DNA of 64,000 nt from Phycisphaeraceae bacterium (GCA_963674705.1 OY771506.1:1600001-1664000); one strand, 5' to 3'; numbered from the stretch's first letter, positions 11,901 through 20,609 are shown. Translations and numbers: made by a program. Notes: generated from the letters alone by a model not told the origin.

Positions 11901-13334
11901 AGACCCATCCACGTTCAGGGAACCGCTGTCCCAATCCTGTTCGCAATTCATAACTAACGCAGCGCCCGATACGACCGTAATAGTACCGCCGGTCTTCTCG
12001 AAGCGGTCGCCGGAGATATAACTTGCAGTCGATCCACTGATGTTAAAGAAGCCGCCGTCCTGCCCCCATGTGTCGAGTTGACCCTGGACGTTGAGTGTAC
12101 CACTGTTGATGTTCATCACGGCGCTGTAGCGGTCGCTTATGCCAGTGATATTGGCGTTGAGCACGCCACCGTCACCGATGTTGATCACATTATTAACAGA
12201 CGAACCGGCGCCGTCCCAGTTCCAGTCGGCATCGTTGATGGTGACGGTCGCATTAATGTTGAGTTCGGTTTCAGCGGAAGCCGCGTTGTGGTTGAAGTCG
12301 ACGCCCGAATCGATTGTCGTGGTGCTGTTGAACGTGATGGTCCCTTCGGTCAGGTCGATCGTGCCGCCGGTCGCGGTGTAAGGCGCGTTGATGACAAGAT
12401 GATCGGCCGTGTTATCGAGGGTGATCGTCCCGCCTGTCTGTGTGAAGGTTGCGCCTTCGATCGTGGCGGTTCCCGCGGGCTGGCCGACGAAGGTCCCGGC
12501 TTGGGTATTGACGTTCAGGTTGCCGTTATCCATGGTCCAGGCATCGGACATATCCAGCGTTGAATTGGCATACATATTAATCGTTGCGCTGAACGCATCG
12601 GTCAGCGGGCCGTTGATGTCCAGTGTTCCCGCACGATTGATACTGACGATTGCATCACCCTGATCGAGGTTGACTCCTCCCGAAGCGCCGTTGACGTTAA
12701 TGGTGAGTGTGGCGGCGGTATCAGTCGTGGGAATGGATATCCCGTCGACCGCGTAGCCAGCACGGATGGTACCGACATTGTAGAGTTCACCGCTGGCGGC
12801 ATCGAGATCGATCGTACCGTAACCACCGAGAGCGGATCCGGCGTAAAGTGTCAGGTCCCCTTCATCCACCTCCAGCACGCCCCCAAGCATCAGCACGACC
12901 GAGCCATCCCCGACAGACAACGAATCCGTGTCGAATGAGTCATACGTCGGATTATTACTGTTCACTTTTACTAACAGCGTCGTGCCAGAGCCGCTGAGGG
13001 AAGTACCTGACGAAGCACTGGCTGTATCCACTAATACTTCATATCCGCCAGTATCAAGCTCATTGCCATTCACCATCGTCAGCGTATTTGCATTGCTGTT
13101 GGCATCCGCTGTGACGCGTGTGCCCTCGGTACCCGCAACAGTACCGATCGATACGTCGTCCGAACTGGTCGGCACACTTGGGGGCGTCCATTTAGAGGCG
13201 TCGCTCCAGACATCATCCGTCGCCGAGTTCCAGGCGACGGGTACAGCAACAGCTGAGATCGAAGTGAACAGTAAGCATGTGAATAACGTGGCCAACGTTA
13301 GACCGCGTTGGGACCGGTCGTGGCAATACGACAT
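8976..13334 (-). CDS. Giant secreted repetitive (beta-helix-like) surface protein with dockerin-like tag and PEP-CTERM sorting signal
   Basis: 1452 aa; signal peptide; G/T/N/D-rich repeats; GDLNGDGFVGLDDLDIVLSNWN twice; C-terminal IPEPATLIVLGLTGLALIRRG; AGGAGG ribosome-binding site. Confidence 0.85.
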   Translation of the reverse strand: MSYCHDRSQRGLTLATLFTCLLFTSISAVAVPVAWNSATDDVWSDASKWTPPSVPTSSDDVSIGTVAGTEGTRVTADANSNANTLTMVNGNELDTGGYEVLVDTASASSGTSLSGSGTTLLVKVNSNNPTYDSFDTDSLSVGDGSVVLMLGGVLEVDEGDLTLYAGSALGGYGTIDLDAASGELYNVGTIRAGYAVDGISIPTTDTAATLTINVNGASGGVNLDQGDAIVSINRAGTLDINGPLTDAFSATINMYANSTLDMSDAWTMDNGNLNVNTQAGTFVGQPAGTATIEGATFTQTGGTITLDNTADHLVINAPYTATGGTIDLTEGTITFNSTTTIDSGVDFNHNAASAETELNINATVTINDADWNWDGAGSSVNNVINIGDGGVLNANITGISDRYSAVMNINSGTLNVQGQLDTWGQDGGFFNISGSTASYISGDRFEKTGGTITVVSGAALVMNCEQDWDSGSLNVDGSLLLYGDTEWAGTTVTGTGIIQPGDNIVTADQTITIGTYDWDGAGSDTTTIYPGVTLTINATNVDGGNDRHDGTININSGTLDVNVADDQWELDGVLNMTDTGSGTPALYGDELKVQGNGTIRVDGGANIYTNVILQEGSTAGSGTDITIVGSGGAVFIDYLHTITLDGGDILDTIDRSVATSTVRLQADLFVTGESTVNVEVFDFDYGSTTIEPGGVLTIASDYIETGAVQKYDEALTLNSGKLDMEMTSNTYWIMDGTLNLNNTGSGAAVVTGNMIRIGNDDTADSHGAIYVGGSGQSYISTTVEFYADAVVNISAGASLRLAGTTTFYSDNGTDSAQFVGNGTLLIGGTTTFEETTTIDMPGGAVDLDGGSTDAVGNTVTLNADTTINADTMYSFGKTNAAGTNILQLNGKADLIVNLTDPNDEWTINSQAIVNFNTSGGPLVNNGIYGSDVNVYGNVNVSGLNGYSVWGARADIYGTVNTVAADNAIQFGGGSLADPNRLIGGTITGLGMLRASNGDALVGYGTIDTSINFQNNATLLADNGTLYINGEIVDVGTIGTADSDGVLDSSRPWNTNRADNVVLNGGSFEGGTITNELPAGISGFGTINAPLINNTQVSANGGALILNGSDFDGGTETGTLNAIDGDLELTYPSISYGFDGTLNIGLSHHAYVEDFNLDFNSDSSLNLAGGVYRSNVSQTFAGDLSVNGSISELDAPGIFQSSSNTIINADLKIKQDMTVRAGATFSGTNKLGVLSTSTLTVEDGATIGVEVVNQGTLVLGTSPGQATVAELTQGSVGVIEIEIGGLFPGMEFDQWLVTGTADLDGVLDVSIIGGFSPSLGQTFNIISAGSRVGTFSVENLPTLAGDLGFRVNYLSTTVQLEVINAALEGDLNGDGFVGLDDLDIVLSNWNQTVPPGNPLADPSGDGFVGLDDLDLVLSNWNAGSPPPAGQISIPEPATLIVLGLTGLALIRRG

Positions 13335-13587
13335 GACTCATCCTCCTGTGCTGTAAGCAAGTTGTATGACTGCGTAACAATCAGCAGACGATGTGATAGC
13401 GCGGCGAGGTGGTGCGGCGCACGATTGGCAAACAATGAATGTAGAAACGGTGAATGTGTTTGTGCCCGGTGTCTCCCACACATGGGAAGCATTGAGATAG
13501 CGGAATCAACATCGTCAGGCCCCCTGGCCGGCTATAAGGTCGGCTACTGCCCGAACAAGTCGTCAACCCCCAAATTGTCAGTCCTGA

Positions 13588-13616
13588 ACGATAAGTAATG
13601 CGCCAAACCATGTCAA
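13588..13616 (-). promoter_or_regulatory. Candidate sigma70 promoter of the giant PEP-CTERM gene
   Basis: TTGACA-N17-TATCGT on the minus strand. Confidence 0.45.
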
Positions 13617-13831
13617 GATATAATTATCTTTAGTATTCGTGCGATCTACGTCCTGCATTGAGAGGCTAGTCTTGCCATAACAACGATCTAATAGTTTCAT
13701 TTCAAACGAGTTATATGAATATTAGTCGGCGGTGTGGTGCGCGATCGACTTTGCTCAAAAGTGCATATTGCAGTGCTGACTGTGTGTGGCCCGGAATGAA
13801 TCATATATGGGCTTGGTCCCCGATCCTTCAA

Positions 13832-13903
13832 TGCCGACGGCTGGATTTGAACCAGCGACCCAGGGCTTATGAATCCCTTGCTCTACCACTGAGCTACGTC
13901 GGC
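13832..13903 (-). tRNA. tRNA with CAT anticodon (elongator Met or Ile2; not initiator)
   Basis: Reverse complement GCCGACGTAGCTCAGTGGTAGAGCAAGGGATTCATAAGCCCTGGGTCGCTGGTTCAAATCCAGCCGTCGGCA; G1-C72 paired. Confidence 0.95.
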
Positions 13904-13913
13904 GAGACCCGCC

Positions 13914-13941
13914 ATTGTAGGGCTCCCGCGGCCGGGTTCAA
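13914..13941 (-). promoter_or_regulatory. Sigma70-type promoter of tRNA(CAT)
   Basis: TTGAAC-N16-TACAAT on the minus strand. Confidence 0.55.
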
Positions 13942-14188
13942 GCCGGGCAGTATCAGAGCAGGTGAGTGATGGTAGAGTTGGGCTGCAGAACATTTTGTAG
14001 CAGTAGATGGGCCGCCAAACCGTATCGGGCGTTGAACTTGCCTAGATTCACGGCAAAGCGGCGTGCTTGTCGATATTAACAGTCGCCGAGTGGTCCCAGA
14101 CAGCCGAATTTCGATGCTTATTGGGTGCTTTCGGTGGTGCGCGGCGACTGATCAACGACAACCCCCATATCCGGAGCCCCTGCCCGCT

Positions 14189-15169
14189 TTGAATCCGGCC
14201 CAAGTAAGCCAACCTGTCCAAGCGAACACCTCCGCCTCCGCCGGGGCCCTGCGGATCGCGGGGATCGAGCCCGGTTCGGCCCTCGAGCCGGCGGTCCGGG
14301 AGTTCCTCAGCTACTGCCGGATCGAGTGTGGCTTCGCCAAGGCGACCCTCGAAGCCTATGCCCGCGACCTGATCGACCTCTGGCGGTGGATGCAGCAGCA
14401 GGGCCACGCCACCTGGGACGAACTGAACCTCGACACCATCGGCAAGCACCTGCGGTACCTGGAAGCCAAGGGGCTGGAAGTCTCCTCGATCGTCCGTCAT
14501 GTAGCGACCATGCGAGTCTTCGGCCGATTCATCGAGGCCCGGGGCATCACCAAGCGTAACCCCGCCGAACTGCTCAGCAGGCCTTCTGCCTGGAAACGCC
14601 TGCCCACCGTAATGGGTGTTGACCAGGTCAGCCAGCTCATCGAAGCCCCACGCCCGACGGACCCGCTGTACCTCCGCGATGTCGCTCTGCTAGAGCTGCT
14701 CTACGCCTCGGGCCTGCGTGCCAGCGAAGCGGCGGACCTGATGATCGGCCAGGTCAACTTCACGCTCGGCGTCACCCGCGTCATCGGCAAGGGCAACAAG
14801 GAACGCATCGTCCCGATCGGCAAGCGGGCACTGACCGCGCTGCGTAACTACATCGACAGGCTCCGCCCGGAACTGGTCCGTGATGATAAGCCGACCGACA
14901 AGGTGTTCCTCTCCCGCACGGGTGGTGCGCTGACCCGCGTCGTCATCTGGCAGGTCGTCAAACGCCACGCCAAGCGGGCCGGCCTGACCGGTGTGTACCC
15001 GCACATGCTCCGACACTCCTTCGCCACCCACCTGCTCTCCGGCGGCGCCGACCTGCGCGTCGTCCAGGAACTGCTCGGCCATTCCAACATCCAGACCACA
15101 CAGGTCTACACCCACGTCGACCGCTCGCACCTCAAGGAAGTCATGGCCAAGTTCCATCCCCGCCCGTGA
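14189..15169 (+). CDS. xerD: Site-specific tyrosine recombinase XerD (start uncertain, 14063-14189)
   Basis: ATLEAYARDL, RDVALLELLYASGLRASE, GKGNKERIVP, HMLRHSFATHLL.GGADLRVVQELLGH...TTQVYTHV; full R-K-H-R-H-Y catalytic set. Confidence 0.88.
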   Translation: MNPAQVSQPVQANTSASAGALRIAGIEPGSALEPAVREFLSYCRIECGFAKATLEAYARDLIDLWRWMQQQGHATWDELNLDTIGKHLRYLEAKGLEVSSIVRHVATMRVFGRFIEARGITKRNPAELLSRPSAWKRLPTVMGVDQVSQLIEAPRPTDPLYLRDVALLELLYASGLRASEAADLMIGQVNFTLGVTRVIGKGNKERIVPIGKRALTALRNYIDRLRPELVRDDKPTDKVFLSRTGGALTRVVIWQVVKRHAKRAGLTGVYPHMLRHSFATHLLSGGADLRVVQELLGHSNIQTTQVYTHVDRSHLKEVMAKFHPRP

Positions 15170-15329
15170 TTGTGGTAAGTCTTTAAATATAGATAATGGG
15201 TAATGCACGCGGGCATCATTGATTTGTCCAGTGGCTTATAACTGGCGAATATATAATGTATTCTGCGGAGTCTGTGATGTTAGGCGCCTATAGTCACAAC
15301 GAGTTAATGCTAATCAATCATTCGGATTC

Positions 15330-16412
15330 GTGATGCAGGATATCAAGACACGCGAGTACGCTGTAGCCGAGTTGCTGGACCGGTCGGCGATGGCGTTGGC
15401 TGGCTACGCAACCGAGCAATTGGTCGGCCAATCCGCAAACGGTGCGCCCATATCAGATCGGTTTCACTTCTGGCAATCATATCTGGCATCGCGATTGCGC
15501 GACCTATCAGCGGCGGTGCACCTGGGACGGCCCGGGCTTTTCGCACGGCAGATACGCTGGTGTTGGGACGCACTGGCGGCGAAAGATCTAGATCCGACTG
15601 AATTCAAAGAGGCACTGGAAGTATTGGCTGGTGTGATCGAGACCGAGGTGGACAAAGTTGGACCGCGCATCGCTGATACGTACGTACGAGCCGCGATCGC
15701 ATCACTTGATCAGCTAAGCGACAACGGTTTGGCGTCGTTGCTGGATAGTTCGCAGCCCACCGGTAAGCTGGCCGCGTCGTATATGCTGGCGGTGCTGGAG
15801 GGTGACCGACGACGAGCGGCGGACCTGATCCACCAGGCGGTTGATGATGGGATGCCGGTGCGGCAGGTTTACCTGGATGTGCTGGCGCCGGCTTCGCGAG
15901 AGATAGGGCTTATGTGGCATCGTGACGAGGTCGGCATTGCCGAGGAGCACTTCGCCACCGCGACAACACAGATGGTGATGTCGCAGTTGTTACGGCGTTC
16001 ACCGGTCCCGGCGCTGAATGGTAAAACCGTGGTTGTGGCTTCGGTGATGGGGGATCGTCACGGGCTGGGGACACAGTTGGTGGCGGACTGTTTCGAGTTG
16101 GACGGTTGGCGAGTGGTTTATCTTGGCCCCGACATCCCCGGTCAGGAGTTGCCGCAGGCGCTCATAGATTTTCAGGCTGATCTTTTGTTGCTGTCCGCGA
16201 CCTTGTACACACACCTGCGTGCGTTGGAATCAACGATCGCTGCCCTGCAAGTCTTGGAAGAGACGCGGTCTGTGCCCGTGCTGGTTGGTGGACACGCGTT
16301 TGCGGAACAGCCGGACCTGGCCGAGCAGATCGGTGCGGATGATTACGCGGCGGACGCAGACGCTGCGGTATCGAAAGGTCGTAAACTTGTGGGTCTTGGA
16401 GAATCCTGTTGA
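15330..16412 (+). CDS. Cobalamin-binding (CarH-type photoreceptor-like) protein with an N-terminal all-helical domain and no DNA-binding HTH
   Basis: W-H-x8-E-H (WHRDEVGIAEEH = Wx9EH), DxHxxG (GDRHGLG), LSAT and VLVGG Rossmann motifs. Confidence 0.85.
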   Translation: MMQDIKTREYAVAELLDRSAMALAGYATEQLVGQSANGAPISDRFHFWQSYLASRLRDLSAAVHLGRPGLFARQIRWCWDALAAKDLDPTEFKEALEVLAGVIETEVDKVGPRIADTYVRAAIASLDQLSDNGLASLLDSSQPTGKLAASYMLAVLEGDRRRAADLIHQAVDDGMPVRQVYLDVLAPASREIGLMWHRDEVGIAEEHFATATTQMVMSQLLRRSPVPALNGKTVVVASVMGDRHGLGTQLVADCFELDGWRVVYLGPDIPGQELPQALIDFQADLLLLSATLYTHLRALESTIAALQVLEETRSVPVLVGGHAFAEQPDLAEQIGADDYAADADAAVSKGRKLVGLGESC

Positions 16413-16450
16413 GCCTACCTCGACCGGGGTGTTACGAGGCTTCATTTAGT

Positions 16451-17020
16451 ATGGCAAGCGAACGAACGGGTAATACCGGAGTGTTGCAACGGATCGCGGC
16501 AGGCGAAGCCGACGCGGTCAACGAGTGCCTGGATCGGTTCGGGGGCCTGGTCTGGTCACTTGCCCGACGGTTCTGCGCCAATCCAACCGATGCCGAGGAT
16601 GCGGTCCAAGAGGTCTTCACCGAAATCTGGACCAAGGCAGACCGCTACAAACCGGAAGTCGCCTCCGAAAAGACCTTCGTGACAATGCTGGCCCGTCGCA
16701 GGCTGATCGACATGTTGCGCAAGCGCGGTCGGGCGCCGCGCGAGACTGCGATCGAGGATGTGCAACTCGCTTCACAGCCGCAGCCTTCCACTATGGAACG
16801 GTCCGAGGAAGTCGAACGGGTGGAACGGGCAATTGATGAACTAAAGCCGATACAACGCGAGGCCCTGCGCATGGCGATATACGATAACTGCACGCACGCC
16901 CGCATCGCCGAAGTGATGGACATCCCGCTAGGTACCGTCAAGACCAGCATCCGCCGAGGTCTGCAGCGCGTGCGCGACGCGCTGAAGGTCGATGAAACCG
17001 GGGACGGCTCCGGCGCCTGA
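16451..17020 (+). CDS. ECF sigma-70 factor (SigK-like)
   Basis: Region 2 (DAEDAVQEVF..IW; RRRLIDMLR) and region 4 (THARIAEVMDIPLGTVKTSIRRGLQRVR); ATG at 16451 with GAGG upstream. Confidence 0.92.
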   Translation: MASERTGNTGVLQRIAAGEADAVNECLDRFGGLVWSLARRFCANPTDAEDAVQEVFTEIWTKADRYKPEVASEKTFVTMLARRRLIDMLRKRGRAPRETAIEDVQLASQPQPSTMERSEEVERVERAIDELKPIQREALRMAIYDNCTHARIAEVMDIPLGTVKTSIRRGLQRVRDALKVDETGDGSGA

Positions 17021-17220
17021 CCACGGTTGGATTCGTTTTTCTTGCAGTGCCTGTATACCCGGGATAATTCAGTCTGCACATGACGAATGGTTGTTGATGA
17101 GATAGCGGTGCTGTCTGTTTTTGTTGTTTGGCTTGTACGGAGATAATGGCATAATCTTTAGGATGGACAGCGGCCTATTCTGTGCTGCCCGGTATTAGAT
17201 ATCACGATCCGGAGGTGAAC

Positions 17221-19839
17221 ATGGCTAAATCCTCTCGAAGTCCAGACGAATGGCGGTGGTTAAGCGCGATCTTGTGGTTGTTGGTGGTGGTGGAGGTCTG
17301 CGGGCCCGCTTGTTTGGCTGCGGATGCGCCGACACATAAAGCGCCTGTGCCGCCGGAGCCGCCGGCGGGGGTGTATCGTGATCCGGATTGGAAGTTTGAT
17401 TTTGAAGGCTACCGATCGATTGCGCAGGGCTGGCTAAGCGCTGACGGCAAGACGTTTTGTTGCATCGCGGACAAGGGCGAGCCGATCGACATCGACTTGA
17501 TGATGCAGGGTCGGGCCAAAGGCAAGTTCAAGGCTGAGCCGGTGTTTGTTGAGTTGGACCTGGTGACGCGCAGCATCGTGCGCGAGGTGGCGCTGCCGGA
17601 GGAGGGGCGGTGGTATAGCATGCCCGCAGTCGCGTTTCTGCCCTTGACAGATCGGTTGATCGTTTGGCGGGCAACTTACGCACCACCGGCCGAAGCAACC
17701 CGGGAGGATATCCCATTTGCTCGCGTCAGCAACGGCTGGGCACTGACTTCGATAGACCTGGGTGAAACACATCAAGCTATCTCACGCGCGTATCCGGGTG
17801 AGCGTGCTGATCCGCCCGGCACGGACTGGCAATGGGAATTCAGCAAGGACGGCCGATGGCTGTGGCGGCTGACGTTTGACCGGGATCAGACGCTTTTCTG
17901 TTTGGAGAAGATGTCGACGCAGTCCCTGGAAACGACGCACACGATCCACTTCGAGTACGAGCTGAGTGAAAGCCAGCTCAGTAATCCAACCAGTCCTTTT
18001 GGCCCCATGGCCTGGCATATCAATGAAGATGCAAACGAACTGTGGGTCGGCTTATTGACCGGGTCGGGGCAGCAAGGTGAATTGCACTGGCTGCGTTTCA
18101 AATTATCTGACGGATCCTTGATCAAAAGGGAAGTGATAAGCGATGCGGTGACGCCGATGCGTGGCGTACGATTCCGGGAAGATGGACGATACCTGGTTGC
18201 ACGTCCGCCGGCGCCGGAGGATCAGTATTGGTCCGCTCCGCAGCGTTACTGGCGATTGCCTGAAGGTGAATGGGTGTACGAGATGCGCCGGTCACCGATA
18301 GGCTGTCACGTTGCGGGTTCACCGTCCGGTAGCAACCGGTACTTGTTCTTCCATGAGTTGCTGAGGCCCGGCGAGGATCAGGTGGTGTGGCGATACGATC
18401 GTGAAGAAGAAGCGTGGAGTTGGCCTAGGTGGGTCGGGGGTCGGCAAGGCGCGAGACTGAAGCTGATATCGCAAGACGGCTCGACACTCGTGACATTCAA
18501 CGACGTCGACAGCCTGAAGAACCGGGTGGCGGTGTATCGGTTCGGCGGACAGGAGCGTTATGACGCGGAAGTAGCCGAAAGCCTGGCAAAACAGTTACCC
18601 CCAAAGCTCGTGCCTGATTCGCCGCCTGAAGCGGAGCATACGATCGCGCTGCCTGCCTTGGATGAAGAAGTGAAGGTAGAGCGTCGAGCGTTGCCTTTAC
18701 CTAAAGGTCGAGTGCTGCGGGCGCATGCCTCGGCGAACGGACAACGGGTGGTGCTGTGGATGCAACGGGGGCTGGATGAAAAACTTGAAAAAGCGGAGCG
18801 GGGCGAAGACGGCGATCCGGGCAAGATCACCTACCGGGCGGTGGTGCTGGATACTGAAAGCGGCCGGGTGCTGCGCGAGGTCGAACCGCCTCAGACTTAC
18901 AAACCGAATGAATTGATCTACCACACGCAGGTGGCTTTGTCGGCCGATGGTCGCTGGCTTGTGGTTTTCTATGCACATGAATTCATGCGTGGACCTTATA
19001 GAGATAGTCCGTTACCCGGCGATGCGCTGGTTCGCGTGATCGATGTGGACAGCGGTGAGGTTCTGGCCGAACGACGCCGTGAAGGCGAGGGGTGGTCTGT
19101 TTTCAGGGTGATCGATGATGGCAAACGCATCCAGATGCGTTCTTCCAACATGTCGAGGCCGACCGTGACAAGTTTTGAGTTCTGGAAGCTGCCGACGCTT
19201 GAGACCGAGGCGAAGATGCAATGGGTTTGGCCCGATCCTGAGTTCGGCGCGGATGAAAACAGCGCAATCGCGGACCGCGTGCGCTACGATGAGGAGCATG
19301 ACCGGCTTGTTGCGGTGATGCGCAACCCGACAGCTTACAATAACAGCCGCAACGACTCTGCGTACCAGTGGGTGCAGATGTTTGATGCTAAAACGATGCA
19401 GCCGAAGGGACGCCGGGCGGTGTTTTACCGTGAGCATGGTCTGGGTCTGGCCCGGCCGGAGAACGGGCTTGTTGTGACAACTTACGGTCGCGATGGTACC
19501 GATAGCTTCATTGACATCTATCATTATGACTCGGTCAGGCCAATCCTGCGGATTGACGGTGAAAATACCCAGCAACGTATTTACGGCAGATTCACCGGCT
19601 GCGGCGCGTGGATCGCAATAGAGTCCGGCTCGCAACGGAACGACAAGCCCGGGGCCGTGCTGGTGAACGCCGAGACAAAAAAAGTGGTCGGGCCTTTGAC
19701 TGGGATGAATCGTAACGAGGCGCTATGGATCAGTGACGACGGCCGAAAGATATTAATCAGTCATAGCAACCCGTTCTTCACGGCATACGATCAATCGCAG
19801 TCTCCCCCGCCGCTCGAATGGCTTTTCGTGGCGGAGTGA
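17221..19839 (+). CDS. Hypothetical secreted beta-propeller (WD40/YVTN-like) protein, apparently two related halves
   Basis: GGAGGTG ribosome-binding site, signal peptide, repeated (L/F)SxDG(R/K) blade turns; LDLVTRSIVREV resembles LDTESGRVLREV. Confidence 0.6.
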   Translation: MAKSSRSPDEWRWLSAILWLLVVVEVCGPACLAADAPTHKAPVPPEPPAGVYRDPDWKFDFEGYRSIAQGWLSADGKTFCCIADKGEPIDIDLMMQGRAKGKFKAEPVFVELDLVTRSIVREVALPEEGRWYSMPAVAFLPLTDRLIVWRATYAPPAEATREDIPFARVSNGWALTSIDLGETHQAISRAYPGERADPPGTDWQWEFSKDGRWLWRLTFDRDQTLFCLEKMSTQSLETTHTIHFEYELSESQLSNPTSPFGPMAWHINEDANELWVGLLTGSGQQGELHWLRFKLSDGSLIKREVISDAVTPMRGVRFREDGRYLVARPPAPEDQYWSAPQRYWRLPEGEWVYEMRRSPIGCHVAGSPSGSNRYLFFHELLRPGEDQVVWRYDREEEAWSWPRWVGGRQGARLKLISQDGSTLVTFNDVDSLKNRVAVYRFGGQERYDAEVAESLAKQLPPKLVPDSPPEAEHTIALPALDEEVKVERRALPLPKGRVLRAHASANGQRVVLWMQRGLDEKLEKAERGEDGDPGKITYRAVVLDTESGRVLREVEPPQTYKPNELIYHTQVALSADGRWLVVFYAHEFMRGPYRDSPLPGDALVRVIDVDSGEVLAERRREGEGWSVFRVIDDGKRIQMRSSNMSRPTVTSFEFWKLPTLETEAKMQWVWPDPEFGADENSAIADRVRYDEEHDRLVAVMRNPTAYNNSRNDSAYQWVQMFDAKTMQPKGRRAVFYREHGLGLARPENGLVVTTYGRDGTDSFIDIYHYDSVRPILRIDGENTQQRIYGRFTGCGAWIAIESGSQRNDKPGAVLVNAETKKVVGPLTGMNRNEALWISDDGRKILISHSNPFFTAYDQSQSPPPLEWLFVAE

Positions 19840-19903
19840 TGCAGTCTGCGAGGTTCTGTGATGATGATCATTTAGTTAATAGTTGATTGAATTACATCAA
19901 ACC

Positions 19904-19940
19904 GGCCCTCACCCCGGCCTCTGCCGGGGGCAGAGGGAGG
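19904..19940. repeat. REP-like palindrome family A, single copy
   Basis: GGCCCTCACCCCGGCCTCTGCC-GGG-GGCAGAGGG; matches the copies near 29.2, 53.0, 59.3 and 60.6 kb. Confidence 0.75.
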
Positions 19941-20027
19941 TAGGTAATGGAAAGCGCTCTGACCTCGCGCTAGAATGGGACTCGATTACTACTTAATCCT
20001 GTTCAACCTAATACGAAAGGCATACAC

Positions 20028-20609
20028 GTGGCGGCGAAGAAGATATTGATGATTGTTGGTGATTATGGCGAAGACTACGAGATCATGGTGCCGTTCCAGG
20101 CGCTGTTGATGGTGGGGCATCAGGTGGATGCGGTGTGCCCGGATAAGAAGGCGGGCGAATCGGTGCGGACGGCGATCCATGATTTTGAAGGCGACCAGAC
20201 CTACAGCGAGAAGCCGGGGCATAACTTTACGCTCAACGCGACGTTTGATGAAGTCGATCCGAAGGATTACGACGCGCTGGTTGTGCCGGGCGGGCGTGCG
20301 CCGGAGTATCTGAGGCTGAACGAAAAAGTGATCGGGATGGTCAAGCACTTTTTCGATGAAGATAAGCCGGTCGCGGCGATCTGCCATGCGCTGCAGTTAC
20401 TGGCGGCAGCGGGCGTGTTGAAAGGACGCAAGGCGTCGGCGTATCCGGCGTGTGGCCCGGATGTGAACGCTTCGGGCGGGCAGTACCAGGCGATCGACAT
20501 CGACGCTGCATGCACAGACGGCAAGCTCGTTACCGCACCGGCCTGGCCTGCACACCCGGCGTGGCTGGCGCAGTTCCTGAAGGTGCTGGGCACGACGATC
20601 AATCCGTAA
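20028..20609 (+). CDS. DJ-1/PfpI family protein (deglycase/glyoxalase-like)
   Basis: [23 protein letters not shown] nucleophile elbow, [10 protein letters not shown]. Confidence 0.9.
   Translation: MAAKKILMIVGDYGEDYEIMVPFQALLMVGHQVDAVCPDKKAGESVRTAIHDFEGDQTYSEKPGHNFTLNATFDEVDPKDYDALVVPGGRAPEYLRLNEKVIGMVKHFFDEDKPVAAICHALQLLAAAGVLKGRKASAYPACGPDVNASGGQYQAIDIDAACTDGKLVTAPAWPAHPAWLAQFLKVLGTTINP

Noticed and set aside
13520..13553. GGGCAGTAGC...GCCAGGGGGC resembling an ops/JUMPstart element in the long leader
   Set aside because: It mismatches the GGCGGTAG core and the order of the parts is wrong; no RfaH-like gene in the window.
8721..15169. Tyrosine recombinase next to a tRNA, suggesting an integrated island or prophage
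   Set aside because: The protein has the housekeeping XerD signature, lies on the 5' side of the tRNA, and I found no duplicated tRNA 3' end (att site) or phage/plasmid genes.
15222..15265. TTGTCCA-N5-TTATAA and the imperfect palindrome GAATATAT-A-ATGTATTC before the B12 gene, as a CarH operator or dif site
   Set aside because: Matches are short and degenerate in an AT-rich spacer; it lacks the XerD-arm TTATGTTAAA of dif.
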